Notes: generated by a model from the letters alone, not told the origin. A stretch of DNA of 64,000 bases from Fervidobacterium sp. (GCA_049970055.1 JBMFNR010000002.1:404406-468405); one strand, 5' to 3'; positions 51,571 through 62,332 are shown, numbered from the stretch's first letter. A program made the numbers and translations.

Positions 51571-52249
51571 CCAATTTGTAGCCAACACCACGGACTGTTT
51601 TTATTAAATCCGGCGAGAGTTTTTTTCTAAGGTAATTCACGTACACTTCAACAGTATTATCTGAACCATAGTAATCTATTCCCCACACAGCATCTAAAAT
51701 TTCTTCTTTGCTTACAACTTTACCTTTGTTTTTAGCCAAGTAAAGTAAGAGTTCAAATTCAGTTTTGCTTAGATCAACGTCTTTGCCATTATATCTTACT
51801 CTTCTTTGATGTTCGTAAATTTCAAGAATTCCTAACTTTATCGGTGTTGATACGGAAATATTTTTCCTTCTCAAAAGTGCTCGAATTCTTGCGAGCAATT
51901 CCTCATTATCAAATGGCTTTGTCATATAATCATCTGCACCAGATTCAAAACCCTCAAGCTTATCTTTTTTCATCCCCAGTGCTGTCAGCATAAGTATTAA
52001 GACATCTGGGCTTAGTTTACGCAGGCTCTTTGCAACCTCATATCCGTCCATGTCTGGAAGCATAATATCTAGAATAACAAGTTCAGGCTTTTCATTTCTG
52101 AATTCTTCTATCGCATCGAGCCCATTTTCATACGATACCACTTCGTAACCTGCGTGTTCAAGCTCTATTTCTAATAACCTTCTTAATTTCTTATCGTCTT
52201 CAACAATCATTAATTTAACCTTATTTCGGTTATTTTTTACCTCAGTCAT
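51542..52249 (-). CDS. OmpR/PhoB-family response regulator
   Basis: VEDD, LDIMLP, LTA, GADDYMTKPF, wHTH VEVYVNYLRKK, TVRGVGY. Confidence 0.95.
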   Translation of the reverse strand: MTEVKNNRNKVKLMIVEDDKKLRRLLEIELEHAGYEVVSYENGLDAIEEFRNEKPELVILDIMLPDMDGYEVAKSLRKLSPDVLILMLTALGMKKDKLEGFESGADDYMTKPFDNEELLARIRALLRRKNISVSTPIKLGILEIYEHQRRVRYNGKDVDLSKTEFELLLYLAKNKGKVVSKEEILDAVWGIDYYGSDNTVEVYVNYLRKKLSPDLIKTVRGVGYKLDGEHIETSN

Positions 52250-52277
52250 AACAGAGCCTCCGTTTGTTTATTTACTC

Positions 52278-52305
52278 TTGAAAAAACTAATTATTGTGTT
52301 ATAAT
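52278..52305 (+). promoter_or_regulatory. Sigma70 promoter for tRNA-Ser
   Basis: TTGAAA-16 nt-TATAAT with TG immediately upstream of the -10. Confidence 0.65.
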
Positions 52306-52309
52306 CATT

Positions 52310-52353
52310 TCTTGGATGGATCTTGAACGGATCTTGGAAAAATCTTGGACGGA
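52310..52353. repeat. Four tandem 11-bp direct repeats TCTTG(G/A)ANRRA
   Basis: tcttggatgga / tcttgaacgga / tcttggaaaaa / tcttggacgga. Confidence 0.75.
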
Positions 52354-52438
52354 GGCGTGTCCGAATGGCTAAGGAGCCGGTCTCGAAAATCGGTGGACCC
52401 TACGGTCCTTGTGGGTTCGAGTCCCACCGCCTCCGCCA
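52351..52438 (+). tRNA. tRNA-Ser(CGA)
   Basis: Acceptor GGAGGCG/CGCCTCC, discriminator G plus encoded CCA, anticodon arm CCGGT-CTCGAAA-ATCGG, long variable arm, GGTTCGAGTCC T-arm. Confidence 0.96.
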
Positions 52439-52467
52439 ATTTTTGTTTTTCTAGTATATTCTCCTAA

Positions 52468-53100
52468 CTATTTGTCTTTGAATACTTCGTGCCAAAGCTG
52501 CGAGAAATCTAAACTGATCTCTTCGAATTTTGAAATACTATCGTACGCAACTGAGTAAAGCAAAGAAAAACCATAGTCGTCATCGAATATTGTTAACACG
52601 TAGTATGTTACTATCTGTCCTTTATCTTCTTTCCATATTTTGTAGATGATACCAAGCGAGCTGTCTTCGGAAATGAGTTGATAAAGTGTTGTAAAAATAG
52701 AATCTACGATAGGATATAAGACATCCCTTACCTGTTCTGATAGTGATTTTTTGATAAGTTCTTTTTTTTGTTCGAGTTTTTTGATAATTTCCTGATAAGA
52801 TAACTGTATTGCCCCGTCTTTGATTATTTGTTCGTTAAAATCTGGCCCAGAATATTCAGAAAGACCATATATGACCCCTTTCTGAAGCAATTTTTCTAAT
52901 TTATCATTGACCGCATTGTTTTCATATACTAAAACCGCATTTTTCTTTTCTTTCGATATGTCCGGAAGAGTTTCCGAAACTGATGGTGAAATTACAACAG
53001 GTTTCATTGTATCAACGATGTTCACAACGATTTGTCCTGTTAAAAGTATGACCGCAATAGTTAAGAAAATACTCCAAAAGACAATTTCACGAAATTCCAC
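52468..53100 (-). CDS. Hypothetical membrane-anchored protein
   Basis: 210-aa ORF, N-terminal TM, SD GGGTGA. Confidence 0.65.
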   Translation of the reverse strand: MEFREIVFWSIFLTIAVILLTGQIVVNIVDTMKPVVISPSVSETLPDISKEKKNAVLVYENNAVNDKLEKLLQKGVIYGLSEYSGPDFNEQIIKDGAIQLSYQEIIKKLEQKKELIKKSLSEQVRDVLYPIVDSIFTTLYQLISEDSSLGIIYKIWKEDKGQIVTYYVLTIFDDDYGFSLLYSVAYDSISKFEEISLDFSQLWHEVFKDK

Positions 53101-53110
53101 GGTATCACCC

Positions 53111-54085
53111 CTAGCTATCTTCTCCCCTAATTAGTCTACTTTCAGACAATTTTCTTAATGCATCTACATAACTTATTCCATCGAAAAACATATCTTCTTG
53201 CGTGATTATTCGTTTTTCAATGTTCAAACCTTTGTTTTCGTAAGCGTTAAACCATGGTTCGTACTTTTTGTTGAACTCAACTAACTTTACTTTCAGTTCT
53301 TCTATTATTTTTTTAATTATCCTTGATCTTACCATATCTCCAAAGGATGGATGATACGGCCCAGTAACTATAAATTGCTTTTGATTTTCAGGTACGTGGT
53401 ACCCTAACCTTATAGCAGACCCATTGTTTGACTCGATTAATATAATCATATCACTTACTATGTCGACAGATTCCTCCAAAGTGAGTGGTGTGTATTTTCC
53501 ATGTAAGTACATTTGTTCAAGAACAGTGTGCTTAAAAATTATTGTTGGATGGATTCTATAATTTTTAACACCAAGTTCGATGAGCTTTTCCACACTCGTC
53601 AAGTCCTTTTTTTTCGTATCTTTTGGTAATCCGACCATCATATGTGCAATTACGTGAAAGTCATTACGCAGTAATTTGATGGCGTTTATAACATCTTTGT
53701 CTTTGTATCCTCTATTTGAGGTCTCTAAAACCTCGTTGTCAAGACTTTCAACACCTAACTCTACAACTTTTACGTTTCCACATTTCAATATTTCAACTAC
53801 CTCTTCGTTAATACAGTTGGGGCTTGTCGATATTCTTTTTGGTATATCTGGATATATTTCAAGAAGATTCTTCATAACTTCCTTTGAAAGTCCAGTGAAC
53901 GTACCTCCGTAGAATGCTATTTCATCGATGCTTTCGTCTATCTCAAGACTTTTTAGTAACCGAAAATCTGGAAGTTTTTCACCTGTCATAATATACTGAT
54001 TACAGAACACACAACGTGTTCTGCAACCAGCGTTGGGTAAAAAAATAGGATATATCTTAGGTTTTCTGGATTTTATTTTTGTCAC
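53111..54085 (-). CDS. Elp3/YhcC-like radical SAM protein (no acetyltransferase domain)
   Basis: PIFLPNAGCRTRCVFCNQ, AFYGGTFT, VELGVES, MVGLP, GPYHPSFG. Confidence 0.8.
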   Translation of the reverse strand: MTKIKSRKPKIYPIFLPNAGCRTRCVFCNQYIMTGEKLPDFRLLKSLEIDESIDEIAFYGGTFTGLSKEVMKNLLEIYPDIPKRISTSPNCINEEVVEILKCGNVKVVELGVESLDNEVLETSNRGYKDKDVINAIKLLRNDFHVIAHMMVGLPKDTKKKDLTSVEKLIELGVKNYRIHPTIIFKHTVLEQMYLHGKYTPLTLEESVDIVSDMIILIESNNGSAIRLGYHVPENQKQFIVTGPYHPSFGDMVRSRIIKKIIEELKVKLVEFNKKYEPWFNAYENKGLNIEKRIITQEDMFFDGISYVDALRKLSESRLIRGEDS

Positions 54086-54525
54086 GAAAGCATCTCCTTG
54101 ACAATTTCATTCACGAGTTTACCGTCTGCAGCGCCTTTCACTTTTGTCATTACTTCTTTCATAACCTTTCCGAAGTCTTTTTGTGTAGCATTTAGCTGCT
54201 CGATGACTTCTTTAACTATTGTCTGAATTTCTTCACGTGATAACATCTTTGGCGCGTATTCTTGCAGTATTTTCAACTCCTCTTCTTCGACCTTTGCAAG
54301 GTCTTCTCTACCAGCTTGTTTGTAAGCTTCTATAGACTCTTGTCTTTTTTTGATTTCCTTTAAGATGAGTTTTTGGATGTCATCATCTGTTGCTTCTTTC
54401 TTTTCACCTTCTACTTCAAAATAACCAATCGCCGTCTTAATCGACCTTAGAACTCTTAATCTTAGTTCATCTTTAACCTTCATCGCTTCTTTCATATCGT
54501 TAAGTATTTTTTCTTTCAGTGACAT
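54082..54525 (-). CDS. GatB/YqeY domain protein
   Basis: DMKEAMK, KKRQESIEAYKQAGREDL, GKVMK, ADGK.V. Confidence 0.9.
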   Translation of the reverse strand: MSLKEKILNDMKEAMKVKDELRLRVLRSIKTAIGYFEVEGEKKEATDDDIQKLILKEIKKRQESIEAYKQAGREDLAKVEEEELKILQEYAPKMLSREEIQTIVKEVIEQLNATQKDFGKVMKEVMTKVKGAADGKLVNEIVKEMLS

Positions 54526-54566
54526 ATGCGTACCTCCTTTACAAATCTTTACGAACTATGTGGTTT

Positions 54567-55547
54567 TTACGATAGAACCCCTTTTAAGAAATTTTTAACA
54601 GCCGAAAGGTTTGATTTTGCGTTATACCCGCCTTCGTGCACTATTACTCCATTACCTACCTTTTCAATAATCTTAGATACTAAAATTCCTATCTCAACGT
54701 AATCATTACTTACCAGTGAAAAGTGTCCCACAGGGTCGTTTATATGTGTATCCGTACCAAAGGAAAGTATGAAGAAATCAGGTTTATAATCTATTATCTT
54801 CTTGAAAGCTTTTTGTAATGCATTCTTATATACTTCAAAAGTTGAACCGCCTGGTAATGGAATGTTTAAGTTAGTTCCTTTAGCTTTGCCAGTACCAATT
54901 TCATTCTCGTATCCACTGTACCATGGGTAAAATTTCCGTGGATCGCCGTGAATTGAAACGTACAGAACATTTCTGTCATCGTAGAATATATCCTGTGTAC
55001 CGTTACCATGGTGAAAATCAATATCAAGAATACCTACTCTCATACCTAACTTTTCAAGGTATCGTGCACCTATCGCGACGTTGTTGAAATAACAGTATCC
55101 ACCGCCGTAATGCTTCATCGCGTGATGCCCAGGTGGGCGAGTAAGAGCGTAAACCGGTTTTTTATTTTGTATAGCATATTCAACAGCACTCATAACCGTA
55201 TTTACGGCGTTAAGTGCTGCCCTATAAGTCTCTCTTCGAATGGGGGTTCCTGTATCAAAGATAGGGTCTACAAAGAACACTTCCGGGATGTATTCCTCCT
55301 CTACTTCTTGCGATTTTTTTCTTATATAAGACACGTACTTCTCACTGTGAACAGTATATACTATGTCATCGGGGTAATCCTTTACAGGGATACGTGTGAA
55401 GTTGTTTTCCAAATAATTTTCTATCAACGACAACCTTGAGGGTTTCTCAGGATTTCTAATGAACTTCCCATTATCAATTTCTTTTTTTGGAACATAAAAA
55501 TCGTTCAGCTGAGTACAAAAAAATATGTTATTCCTCGATTTCCTCAA
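54567..55547 (-). CDS. Histone deacetylase-family amidohydrolase (acetylpolyamine amidohydrolase-like)
   Basis: RPPGHHA, GYCYFNNVA, DIDFHHGNGTQ, SIHG, GTD, EGGY; start uncertain (TTG at 55547 chosen). Confidence 0.88.
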   Translation of the reverse strand: MRKSRNNIFFCTQLNDFYVPKKEIDNGKFIRNPEKPSRLSLIENYLENNFTRIPVKDYPDDIVYTVHSEKYVSYIRKKSQEVEEEYIPEVFFVDPIFDTGTPIRRETYRAALNAVNTVMSAVEYAIQNKKPVYALTRPPGHHAMKHYGGGYCYFNNVAIGARYLEKLGMRVGILDIDFHHGNGTQDIFYDDRNVLYVSIHGDPRKFYPWYSGYENEIGTGKAKGTNLNIPLPGGSTFEVYKNALQKAFKKIIDYKPDFFILSFGTDTHINDPVGHFSLVSNDYVEIGILVSKIIEKVGNGVIVHEGGYNAKSNLSAVKNFLKGVLS

Positions 55548-55965
55548 TTTTTTTGACCCTTCTTTCGTGTCTTCCACCTTCAAATGCGGAGTTTAAAAAA
55601 GCATCAACCGTCCACTTTGCAAGTTCGATTCCCATAAGGCGACCTGGCAAAACAAGTACGTTTGCGTTATTGTGTCTTCTCGCGTAAGTTGCCATATCTG
55701 GGAACAAGCATAAGGCAGCCCTAATTCCACGGATTTTGTTCGCTGCAATGGACATACCGATTCCTGTACCACACATCAAGATTCCAAAATCACACTCGCC
55801 AGACTTAACTTTATCGCCAACTTTCTTTGCGTAATCTGGATAATCAACACTTTCGATAGAATACGTACCACAATCAACAACCTCGATGCCTTTACCGGAA
55901 AGGTATTCCTTCACTCTCTCTTTTAATTCGTACGCTGCATGATCACTTCCGATGGCTATTCTCAT
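55528..55965 (-). CDS. rpiB: Ribose-5-phosphate isomerase B
   Basis: IGSDHA, VDYPD, CGTGIGMSIAANK, RRHNNAN, FEGGRHERR. Confidence 0.95.
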   Translation of the reverse strand: MRIAIGSDHAAYELKERVKEYLSGKGIEVVDCGTYSIESVDYPDYAKKVGDKVKSGECDFGILMCGTGIGMSIAANKIRGIRAALCLFPDMATYARRHNNANVLVLPGRLMGIELAKWTVDAFLNSAFEGGRHERRVKKIEEIEE

Positions 55966-55983
55966 TACTTTCACCTACTTGTA

Positions 55984-56319
55984 TCATTTGAGGGCATTGA
56001 CTGCTTCCGTAACTGTGTTGTAATTTTTAATTACCTTATCGAGAGCAGTCATGCTGAGTAACTTTTTAATGTTTTCATTGGCGCAAGCAAATGCAACGGC
56101 TCCACCTGCAGATAATGCACTTTTGTAAAGACTTACAAACGTACCAAGTCCGAAGCTATCAATGGAATTTACATTTGTTAAATCAAAAACGAGTTTTACT
56201 TTCCCCTTTTTTATCAGATTATCGACAACCCAGTTTCTCAGGTTCATAGCGTTTTGCATTGATACTTCAGAGTTAATTGAAACCACAACAACTCCAAATT
56301 GTTCAGTGTATGTGTACAT
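55984..56319 (-). CDS. STAS-domain anti-sigma factor antagonist
   Basis: FDLTNVNSIDSFGLG phosphoacceptor motif. Confidence 0.88.
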   Translation of the reverse strand: MYTYTEQFGVVVVSINSEVSMQNAMNLRNWVVDNLIKKGKVKLVFDLTNVNSIDSFGLGTFVSLYKSALSAGGAVAFACANENIKKLLSMTALDKVIKNYNTVTEAVNALK

Positions 56320-56341
56320 AAACCAATCCCTCCTCTTATGA

Positions 56342-56680
56342 TTATTTATTTAAAAACTGCACGGCACTTTTTAAATCATCGAATATATTGAGTACTCTAT
56401 CAAGTGCCGTCATTCTTAAAAGGTTTTTGATATTTGGATCGAGGTTAATAAGTGCTGTCGTTCCAGCGTTCATAAGGGCTTGTTTGTGGATTGCCACTAT
56501 TATTCCAAGTCCTGTGCTGTCTATATATGTCGTATTTGAAAAATCAAGAAGTAACTTTTTGTAACCTTTCTCAATTGCACTCTCATAAACTTTCCTTTTA
56601 ATGTCCTGTGAATTTGTAAGGTCTACTTCCTCTGGCATTATGACTCTAACTATATCGCCTTTTAGTATTTCAAGATCCAT
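56342..56680 (-). CDS. STAS-domain anti-sigma factor antagonist
   Basis: LDFSNTTYIDSTGLG motif. Confidence 0.88.
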   Translation of the reverse strand: MDLEILKGDIVRVIMPEEVDLTNSQDIKRKVYESAIEKGYKKLLLDFSNTTYIDSTGLGIIVAIHKQALMNAGTTALINLDPNIKNLLRMTALDRVLNIFDDLKSAVQFLNK

Positions 56681-56716
56681 AAATCTTTCCCCCCTTAAGT
56701 TACCGAGCAGTTTCAG

Positions 56717-57313
56717 TTACTTCATTATCCTTATCAGTCCAACCATCCGGCCTATTATTCTAACCTTCTTTGGATCACAAACAATTGTTTCGTATTCGTC
56801 GTTTTGAGGTATCAATTCCACGTGGTCACTTTTTAGTACAAATTTTTTCAAAGTTACTTTATCTTCGACTACAGCCGCTACTATTGAATTATTTTCTGCG
56901 TTGTACTGTCTTTTGAGTATTACATAATCACCATCCATTATGTGCGCATTTATCATGCTATCCCCCTGAACTTTCAAAGCAAAGTACTCACCATACCCTT
57001 TCAGCATAGCAAGAGGTACCTCAATTTCTTCATCAATTTTCTCAAACATCTCGATTGCTTGCCCAGCAGCTATGGTGCCTTTGACAGGTACAACAATGCT
57101 TTCTTTTCGTTCACTGAGTGATATGGTACGTGGTCCCTTACCGCGCTTTATGTATCCTTTTTTTTCAAGAGCTATAACATGTTGTTGAGCACCTCTTGGG
57201 GTCATTCTAAAGTGCCTAGCTATATCTCTTATCGAAGGAGCGTAACCTTTCATTATCATGTAATCTTTTATGAATTCATATATAAGTTGTTGCCTTTCTG
57301 TTAGATCTCTCAT
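56717..57313 (-). CDS. lexA: LexA repressor
   Basis: LTERQ, PSIRDI wHTH, IAAG cleavage site, VQGDSM, TLKK. Confidence 0.93.
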   Translation of the reverse strand: MRDLTERQQLIYEFIKDYMIMKGYAPSIRDIARHFRMTPRGAQQHVIALEKKGYIKRGKGPRTISLSERKESIVVPVKGTIAAGQAIEMFEKIDEEIEVPLAMLKGYGEYFALKVQGDSMINAHIMDGDYVILKRQYNAENNSIVAAVVEDKVTLKKFVLKSDHVELIPQNDEYETIVCDPKKVRIIGRMVGLIRIMK

Positions 57314-57720
57314 ACGTCAAACACCATCCTAAGAAATATTTTATCGTTTCTCCTTTCTGCAACAAAGTTATGATAAGTTAAAGCTTTTATGGAGAGCCCT
57401 ATATTTTCTTTGCACAGATATATACAATTATTTTCCACTTTGAACGGGTAGTACCCTTGATCTACCAAGAATATCAGTTCGTTTACCATATCGAATATGT
57501 AATCTTGCAACGCGTTTTCATCTCGTATCATATCTATATTATAACATTTTTCGATAAAATTTTGCAAACAATTTGTTAATAATAACTTTTCAACATGTTT
57601 GGTAAATTTTTTAGTACTGTTTTCAAGCAATATTTTTACAATATCATTTAGAAATTCATCAAATGATTTTGCTTCAACTTCGTATGCTATATCAGCCTTA
57701 TGGTCTATTTCTCTGTACAA
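57310..57720 (-). CDS. Archease
   Basis: YREIDHKADI, IKALTYH, C-terminal FDV. Confidence 0.85.
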   Translation of the reverse strand: MYREIDHKADIAYEVEAKSFDEFLNDIVKILLENSTKKFTKHVEKLLLTNCLQNFIEKCYNIDMIRDENALQDYIFDMVNELIFLVDQGYYPFKVENNCIYLCKENIGLSIKALTYHNFVAERRNDKIFLRMVFDV

Positions 57721-60204
57721 TCATTCTTCACCACCGATTACGGCAAAATCAGCAACCACATCTCCATCTGCAAGGTGCACTACTTTTACCCCCTGTGCTG
57801 TTCTACTTCTTGTTGGAACATCTGATATTTTGAACTTTATCGTTGCTCCGTCTTTTGTAAAGAGTACAACTTCTTCGTCACCTTTTACGAAAGAAACACC
57901 AACTATTGGACCTGTTTTTTCGATCTCTCCAATATTCTTAATTCCAAGCCCACCTCTTGATTGTTTCCTATAATCGTTAACTGGTGTAAGCTTTCCGTAA
58001 CCATTTTCTGTAATCGTAAGTATATATCCTTCATCACTTTCAAGAATTGTCGAAGAAATTACTTCGTCATCATCCCTTAATTTTATACCTCTCACACCTG
58101 CCGCATTCCTGCCCATTGTTCTTACTTCATCAATTCCGAATCGTATGCTCATTCCAAGTTTTGTAGAAATCAAAATCGTATCACTTTCTGAATTAACTCT
58201 CAGAACAGACACAAGTTCGTCTCCTTCCTTGAATGTTATAGCCCTAATGCCTTTTGATGTAATATTTTTAAAGTCTTCCAGGCTCGTACGTTTTATGATA
58301 CCCTTTTTAGTTACAAAGAACAGCTCACCTACGTATTCCGTTATATCAACCATTGTCAAGACTTTTTCACTGCTTTCTAGTTTGATGTACTTGTTTACCG
58401 GTTTACCTTTATTTCCCCTGTTACTTTCTTCAATATCTATGTTCTCAATTTCGTACACTTTCCCTAAAGATGTGAAAAATAATGTTTTACTATGCAGTTT
58501 TGTATAAAGAACCTGCGATATGATATCATCTTCCATAAGGTTTGCACCAATTACACCTTTACCATTTCTTTTTTGAGTTCTAAATGCGTTTATGTCCATT
58601 AATTTTAGAAACCCTTTTCTTGTAAGTGTTAGCACAACATCTTTATTTGGTATTAAATCCTTTTTGTCAAACCTTGTTACAGTTTCCTCGTATTCTGTGA
58701 TTTCCGTTCTTCTTGGATCTGAATACTTTTTCTTTACGTCCAACAATTCTTCGACAATAACATCGTAGACCTTGTCATCGTTCATCAAAAGTTCTTTCTC
58801 TTTCTCGAGTTTTACGAGTAATTCTTTGTATTCTTGTTGTAAGTTCTGCGTTTCTAAATTTGTTAGCCTACCTAACCTCATATCAAGAACTGCTCTGGCT
58901 TGTTCTTCGCTCATTTGAAGTACATCTACTAATTGTTGAACAGCTTCCGAAGAATCTTTTGCACTTCTTATTATACTAACAACTGTATCAATGGCTCTCG
59001 AGGCTTTAATTAAACCTTCTATGATATGTGCACGTCTAGAATCTTGTTGATAGGCGTAATGTGTTCTTTTTCTCACAACCTCGAAACGGTGTTTTACGTA
59101 GGCCTCTATAAGTTGTTTCAAATTCATTAACCTTGGTTGTTTATCTGCGTCTATTACTAGGAAATTTGCATTGAATCTTGTTTGCAAACTCGTCTTTTGG
59201 TATAAGTTGTTCAAGATAACTTCTTCTTTAGCATCTTCTGGTAATTCTATGACAATTCTCAATCCTTCTTTATCACTTTCGTCACGTAAATCCTTAACAA
59301 AAATCTCTTCTTCTTGAAGGTACTCTGCAATTTGTTCAATTAAATCTGATTTGCTAACTCCGTACGGTATTTCAGTTATGATGATGCTTTTTTTCTTTTT
59401 TTCGTGTTTTATCTCAACTCTGCCTCTTACGGTAAAGCTACCTCTACCAGTGATGTACATTTCTCTTATTCCAGCTTTACCAATTATTATTCCGCCGGTT
59501 GGAAAATCAGGTCCTTTTATCAATAATATTAATTCTTCAATGGAAATGTCCCTATTTCTTATGTAAGCAACCGTTGCATCGACTACATCGCTTATGTTGT
59601 GTGTCGGTATATTCGTTGCCATTCCAACAGCTATACCGCTTGCACCATTCAACAGCAGATTTGGTACCTTTGCTGGTAATACATCCGGTTCCTTAAGCGT
59701 TCCATCGAAGTTATCAAGCATTTTTACCGTTTGCTTGTCTATATCTTCCACCATCTCTTCGGCTATTTTGTGGAGTCTTGCTTCCGTATATCGCATCGCA
59801 GCAGGTGGATCTCTATCTATGGAACCAAAGTTTCCTTGTCCTTCTACTAGTGGATAACGCATGGTCCACGGTTGGGCCATTCTTACAAGCGCTTCATATA
59901 TTGAAGCATCACCGTGTGGGTGATACTTACCCATAACCTCACCAACAATACGAGCTGATTTTTTGAATGCGCTCTTGTGAGTTAAACCAAGCTCGTACAT
60001 GGAGTATATAATTCTTCTTTGAACAGGTTTCAAACCGTCCCTTACATCTGGTATGGCACGTCCTATAATAACACTCATCGAGTAACTGAGGTACGATTTA
60101 ACGAGTTCCTCTTCAAGCGCTCGTTCAAAGGTATTTTGCTGTATTGAATTTGTTTCATTTTGATTTATCTCATCGCCATTCTTAACTTCAAATTCTTTGT
60201 CCAC
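57721..60204 (-). CDS. gyrA: DNA gyrase subunit A
   Basis: [29 protein letters not shown], GyrA-box QKRNGKG, beta-pinwheel repeats. Confidence 0.95.
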   Translation of the reverse strand: MDKEFEVKNGDEINQNETNSIQQNTFERALEEELVKSYLSYSMSVIIGRAIPDVRDGLKPVQRRIIYSMYELGLTHKSAFKKSARIVGEVMGKYHPHGDASIYEALVRMAQPWTMRYPLVEGQGNFGSIDRDPPAAMRYTEARLHKIAEEMVEDIDKQTVKMLDNFDGTLKEPDVLPAKVPNLLLNGASGIAVGMATNIPTHNISDVVDATVAYIRNRDISIEELILLIKGPDFPTGGIIIGKAGIREMYITGRGSFTVRGRVEIKHEKKKKSIIITEIPYGVSKSDLIEQIAEYLQEEEIFVKDLRDESDKEGLRIVIELPEDAKEEVILNNLYQKTSLQTRFNANFLVIDADKQPRLMNLKQLIEAYVKHRFEVVRKRTHYAYQQDSRRAHIIEGLIKASRAIDTVVSIIRSAKDSSEAVQQLVDVLQMSEEQARAVLDMRLGRLTNLETQNLQQEYKELLVKLEKEKELLMNDDKVYDVIVEELLDVKKKYSDPRRTEITEYEETVTRFDKKDLIPNKDVVLTLTRKGFLKLMDINAFRTQKRNGKGVIGANLMEDDIISQVLYTKLHSKTLFFTSLGKVYEIENIDIEESNRGNKGKPVNKYIKLESSEKVLTMVDITEYVGELFFVTKKGIIKRTSLEDFKNITSKGIRAITFKEGDELVSVLRVNSESDTILISTKLGMSIRFGIDEVRTMGRNAAGVRGIKLRDDDEVISSTILESDEGYILTITENGYGKLTPVNDYRKQSRGGLGIKNIGEIEKTGPIVGVSFVKGDEEVVLFTKDGATIKFKISDVPTRSRTAQGVKVVHLADGDVVADFAVIGGEE

Positions 60205-60258
60205 ACTCCAAAACCTCCTATTGGAAAATTCTATGTAGATAAAATAATGGAAGATGTA

Positions 60259-62208
60259 TTACGATATCTTGGCACCCGGTTCTATCTCAGACGAGACGGT
60301 CAAGAGTGTAAGTTTATTATCTTTTTTTGCAGCAAGAAGCATACCTTTTGATTCAAGCCCCATCAATTTCGCAGGTTTAAGGTTAGCAACAACTACTATC
60401 AATCTGTCAACAAGCTCTTCTGGCTTGTAATATTGAGCAATTCCTGCAACAATTTGTCTTTGACCAAGTTCACCAAGGTCTATCTGTAATTTCACAAGCT
60501 TTTCTGATTTTTCTACTTTCTCGGCTTCAATTATTTTAGCAACCCTAAGGTCTACTTTCTTAAACATGTCGATGTCTATTAAATCCCCCATCGTTACAAC
60601 GTTTTCTGTCTGTTTTTGCTGATTTGCCTCCATCTTAATTGCCTCCTTAATTTCTTTTTTACTTTGATCATGACTATTGTTCTTTTCAAACTTTTTAAAC
60701 AAAGGCTCACCGTGTATTATCTTGTTACCTTTAAGTATGTTCCAGCTCGACAGATATTTTTCATCAAATTTTTCATTTATGGATAGTCTTTTATACACTT
60801 CCGCAGAGGTTTCGGGCATTACTGGCGATACGAGTGTTGCAACTTTGAGTATATTTTCTGTTACCAAGCTTAAAACACTTCCAAGACGTTCTTTTTTACC
60901 TTCTTTTGCCAAAACCCAAGGTTTAGTTTCATCAAAATACTTATTTAGTGAAGAAATAAATTGCCAAAGCACATCAAGCGCATCTGTAATCTTGTAAGCA
61001 TCCATAAGTTGTATGTACTTTTCTTTTGTTTCATCATATTCTCTCATCAAGTTTTCATCAATTGGTTCGGTGGTTCCTATTCCAGGAATAATTGAATCAA
61101 AGTGCTTTTGTATAATTGCAAGTGTTCTGTGCAGTAAGTTACCATAGTCATTGGCAAGGTCTGAGTTTAAGCGTTTTATTAAATTTTCCTCCGAAAAATC
61201 ACCGTCTTTACCAAATACTATATCTCTAACAAGGTAATATCTGACAACATCATTTCCGTATTTCTTCACATATTCCCTTGGATCTATTGCGTTTCCGAGT
61301 GACTTGCTGATCTTCTGGCCATTTACGGTTAGCCATCCATGAGCAAAGATCTTTTTCGGCAATGGTAAACCAACCGACATTAACATTGCAGGCCAGATCA
61401 AACTGTGAAATCTATTGATCTCTTTACCAATCAAATGTACATCAGCAGGCCACCATTTGTTAAATGTGTCCATATCATTTGGATATCCAATAGCTGAAAC
61501 GTAGTTTATCAAAGCATCTACCCAAACGTATATAACATGTTCTGGATCATTTGGCATTGGAATTCCCCATTTTAACGTTGTTCTTGTTATAGAAAGATCT
61601 TTCAGACCAGATTCAAGTATTTTCATCATTTCGTTTCTTCTGAAATCAGGTTCGACAAAATTTGGGTTTTCTTTGAAATGTTTTAATAGTGCATCGTTGT
61701 ACTTTGAAAGTCTGAAAAAATAATTCTCTTCACTTATGATCTGTACTTCTCTCTTACATGATGGACATACTTTGTGTCCATGTTCATCTTCTTCTAGTTC
61801 ATCTTCGTTCCAATAAGTCTCACATGGTACGCAGTACCATCCTTCGTACGTCCCTTTGTAAACGTCGCCATTTTCGAGCATTTTCGATACAAAAAATTGA
61901 ACAGTTTTTTCATGTTTTTCATCTGTTGTTCGAACAAAATAATCATTTGTTATACCTAAGTCTTTCCAAAGCTCTTTAAATTTTTCTGCCAACGTATCGC
62001 AAAGTTCTTTTGGTTCCATACCCTTTTCTTTTGCTGCTTGAGCTATTTTTTGCCCATGCTCATCTGTACCGGTTAAGTAGAATACTTCGTAGCCCATCAT
62101 TCTCTTATATCGAGCTAAAATATCACCAACTATAGTAGTATAAGAACTGCCTATATGCGGTTCTGCGTTAACATAATAAATAGGGGTTGTAATGTAAAAC
62201 TTTTTCAC
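60259..62208 (-). CDS. metG: Methionine--tRNA ligase with C-terminal tRNA-binding domain
   Basis: TTPIYYVN.EPHIG, TGTDEHG, CVPC/CPSC knuckle, KISKS, C-terminal Trbp111-like domain; GTG start after SD GGAGG. Confidence 0.96.
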   Translation of the reverse strand: MKKFYITTPIYYVNAEPHIGSSYTTIVGDILARYKRMMGYEVFYLTGTDEHGQKIAQAAKEKGMEPKELCDTLAEKFKELWKDLGITNDYFVRTTDEKHEKTVQFFVSKMLENGDVYKGTYEGWYCVPCETYWNEDELEEDEHGHKVCPSCKREVQIISEENYFFRLSKYNDALLKHFKENPNFVEPDFRRNEMMKILESGLKDLSITRTTLKWGIPMPNDPEHVIYVWVDALINYVSAIGYPNDMDTFNKWWPADVHLIGKEINRFHSLIWPAMLMSVGLPLPKKIFAHGWLTVNGQKISKSLGNAIDPREYVKKYGNDVVRYYLVRDIVFGKDGDFSEENLIKRLNSDLANDYGNLLHRTLAIIQKHFDSIIPGIGTTEPIDENLMREYDETKEKYIQLMDAYKITDALDVLWQFISSLNKYFDETKPWVLAKEGKKERLGSVLSLVTENILKVATLVSPVMPETSAEVYKRLSINEKFDEKYLSSWNILKGNKIIHGEPLFKKFEKNNSHDQSKKEIKEAIKMEANQQKQTENVVTMGDLIDIDMFKKVDLRVAKIIEAEKVEKSEKLVKLQIDLGELGQRQIVAGIAQYYKPEELVDRLIVVVANLKPAKLMGLESKGMLLAAKKDNKLTLLTVSSEIEPGAKIS

Positions 62209-62303
62209 CGAGAGCACCTCCGTTCAGTTGTTTAAATTCAATATTCAATTCAATTATATCACAAACCTTTAATACTTGAGTGAAATGTATGCAACATTTT
62301 TAG

Positions 62304-62332
62304 AAAAAAGGTGGCTTGTTGAAGCCACCTTT
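62304..62332 (-). terminator. Rho-independent terminator
   Basis: Plus-strand AAAGGTGGCTT-gttg-AAGCCACCTTT, with a T-tract on the minus strand. Confidence 0.75.

Noticed and set aside
52310..52353. Possible CRISPR array
   Set aside because: Units are only 11 bp with no unique spacers, and there are no cas genes
52351..53100. tRNA as integration site for an island
   Set aside because: No integrase, no visible duplicate of the tRNA 3' end, and flanking genes look native
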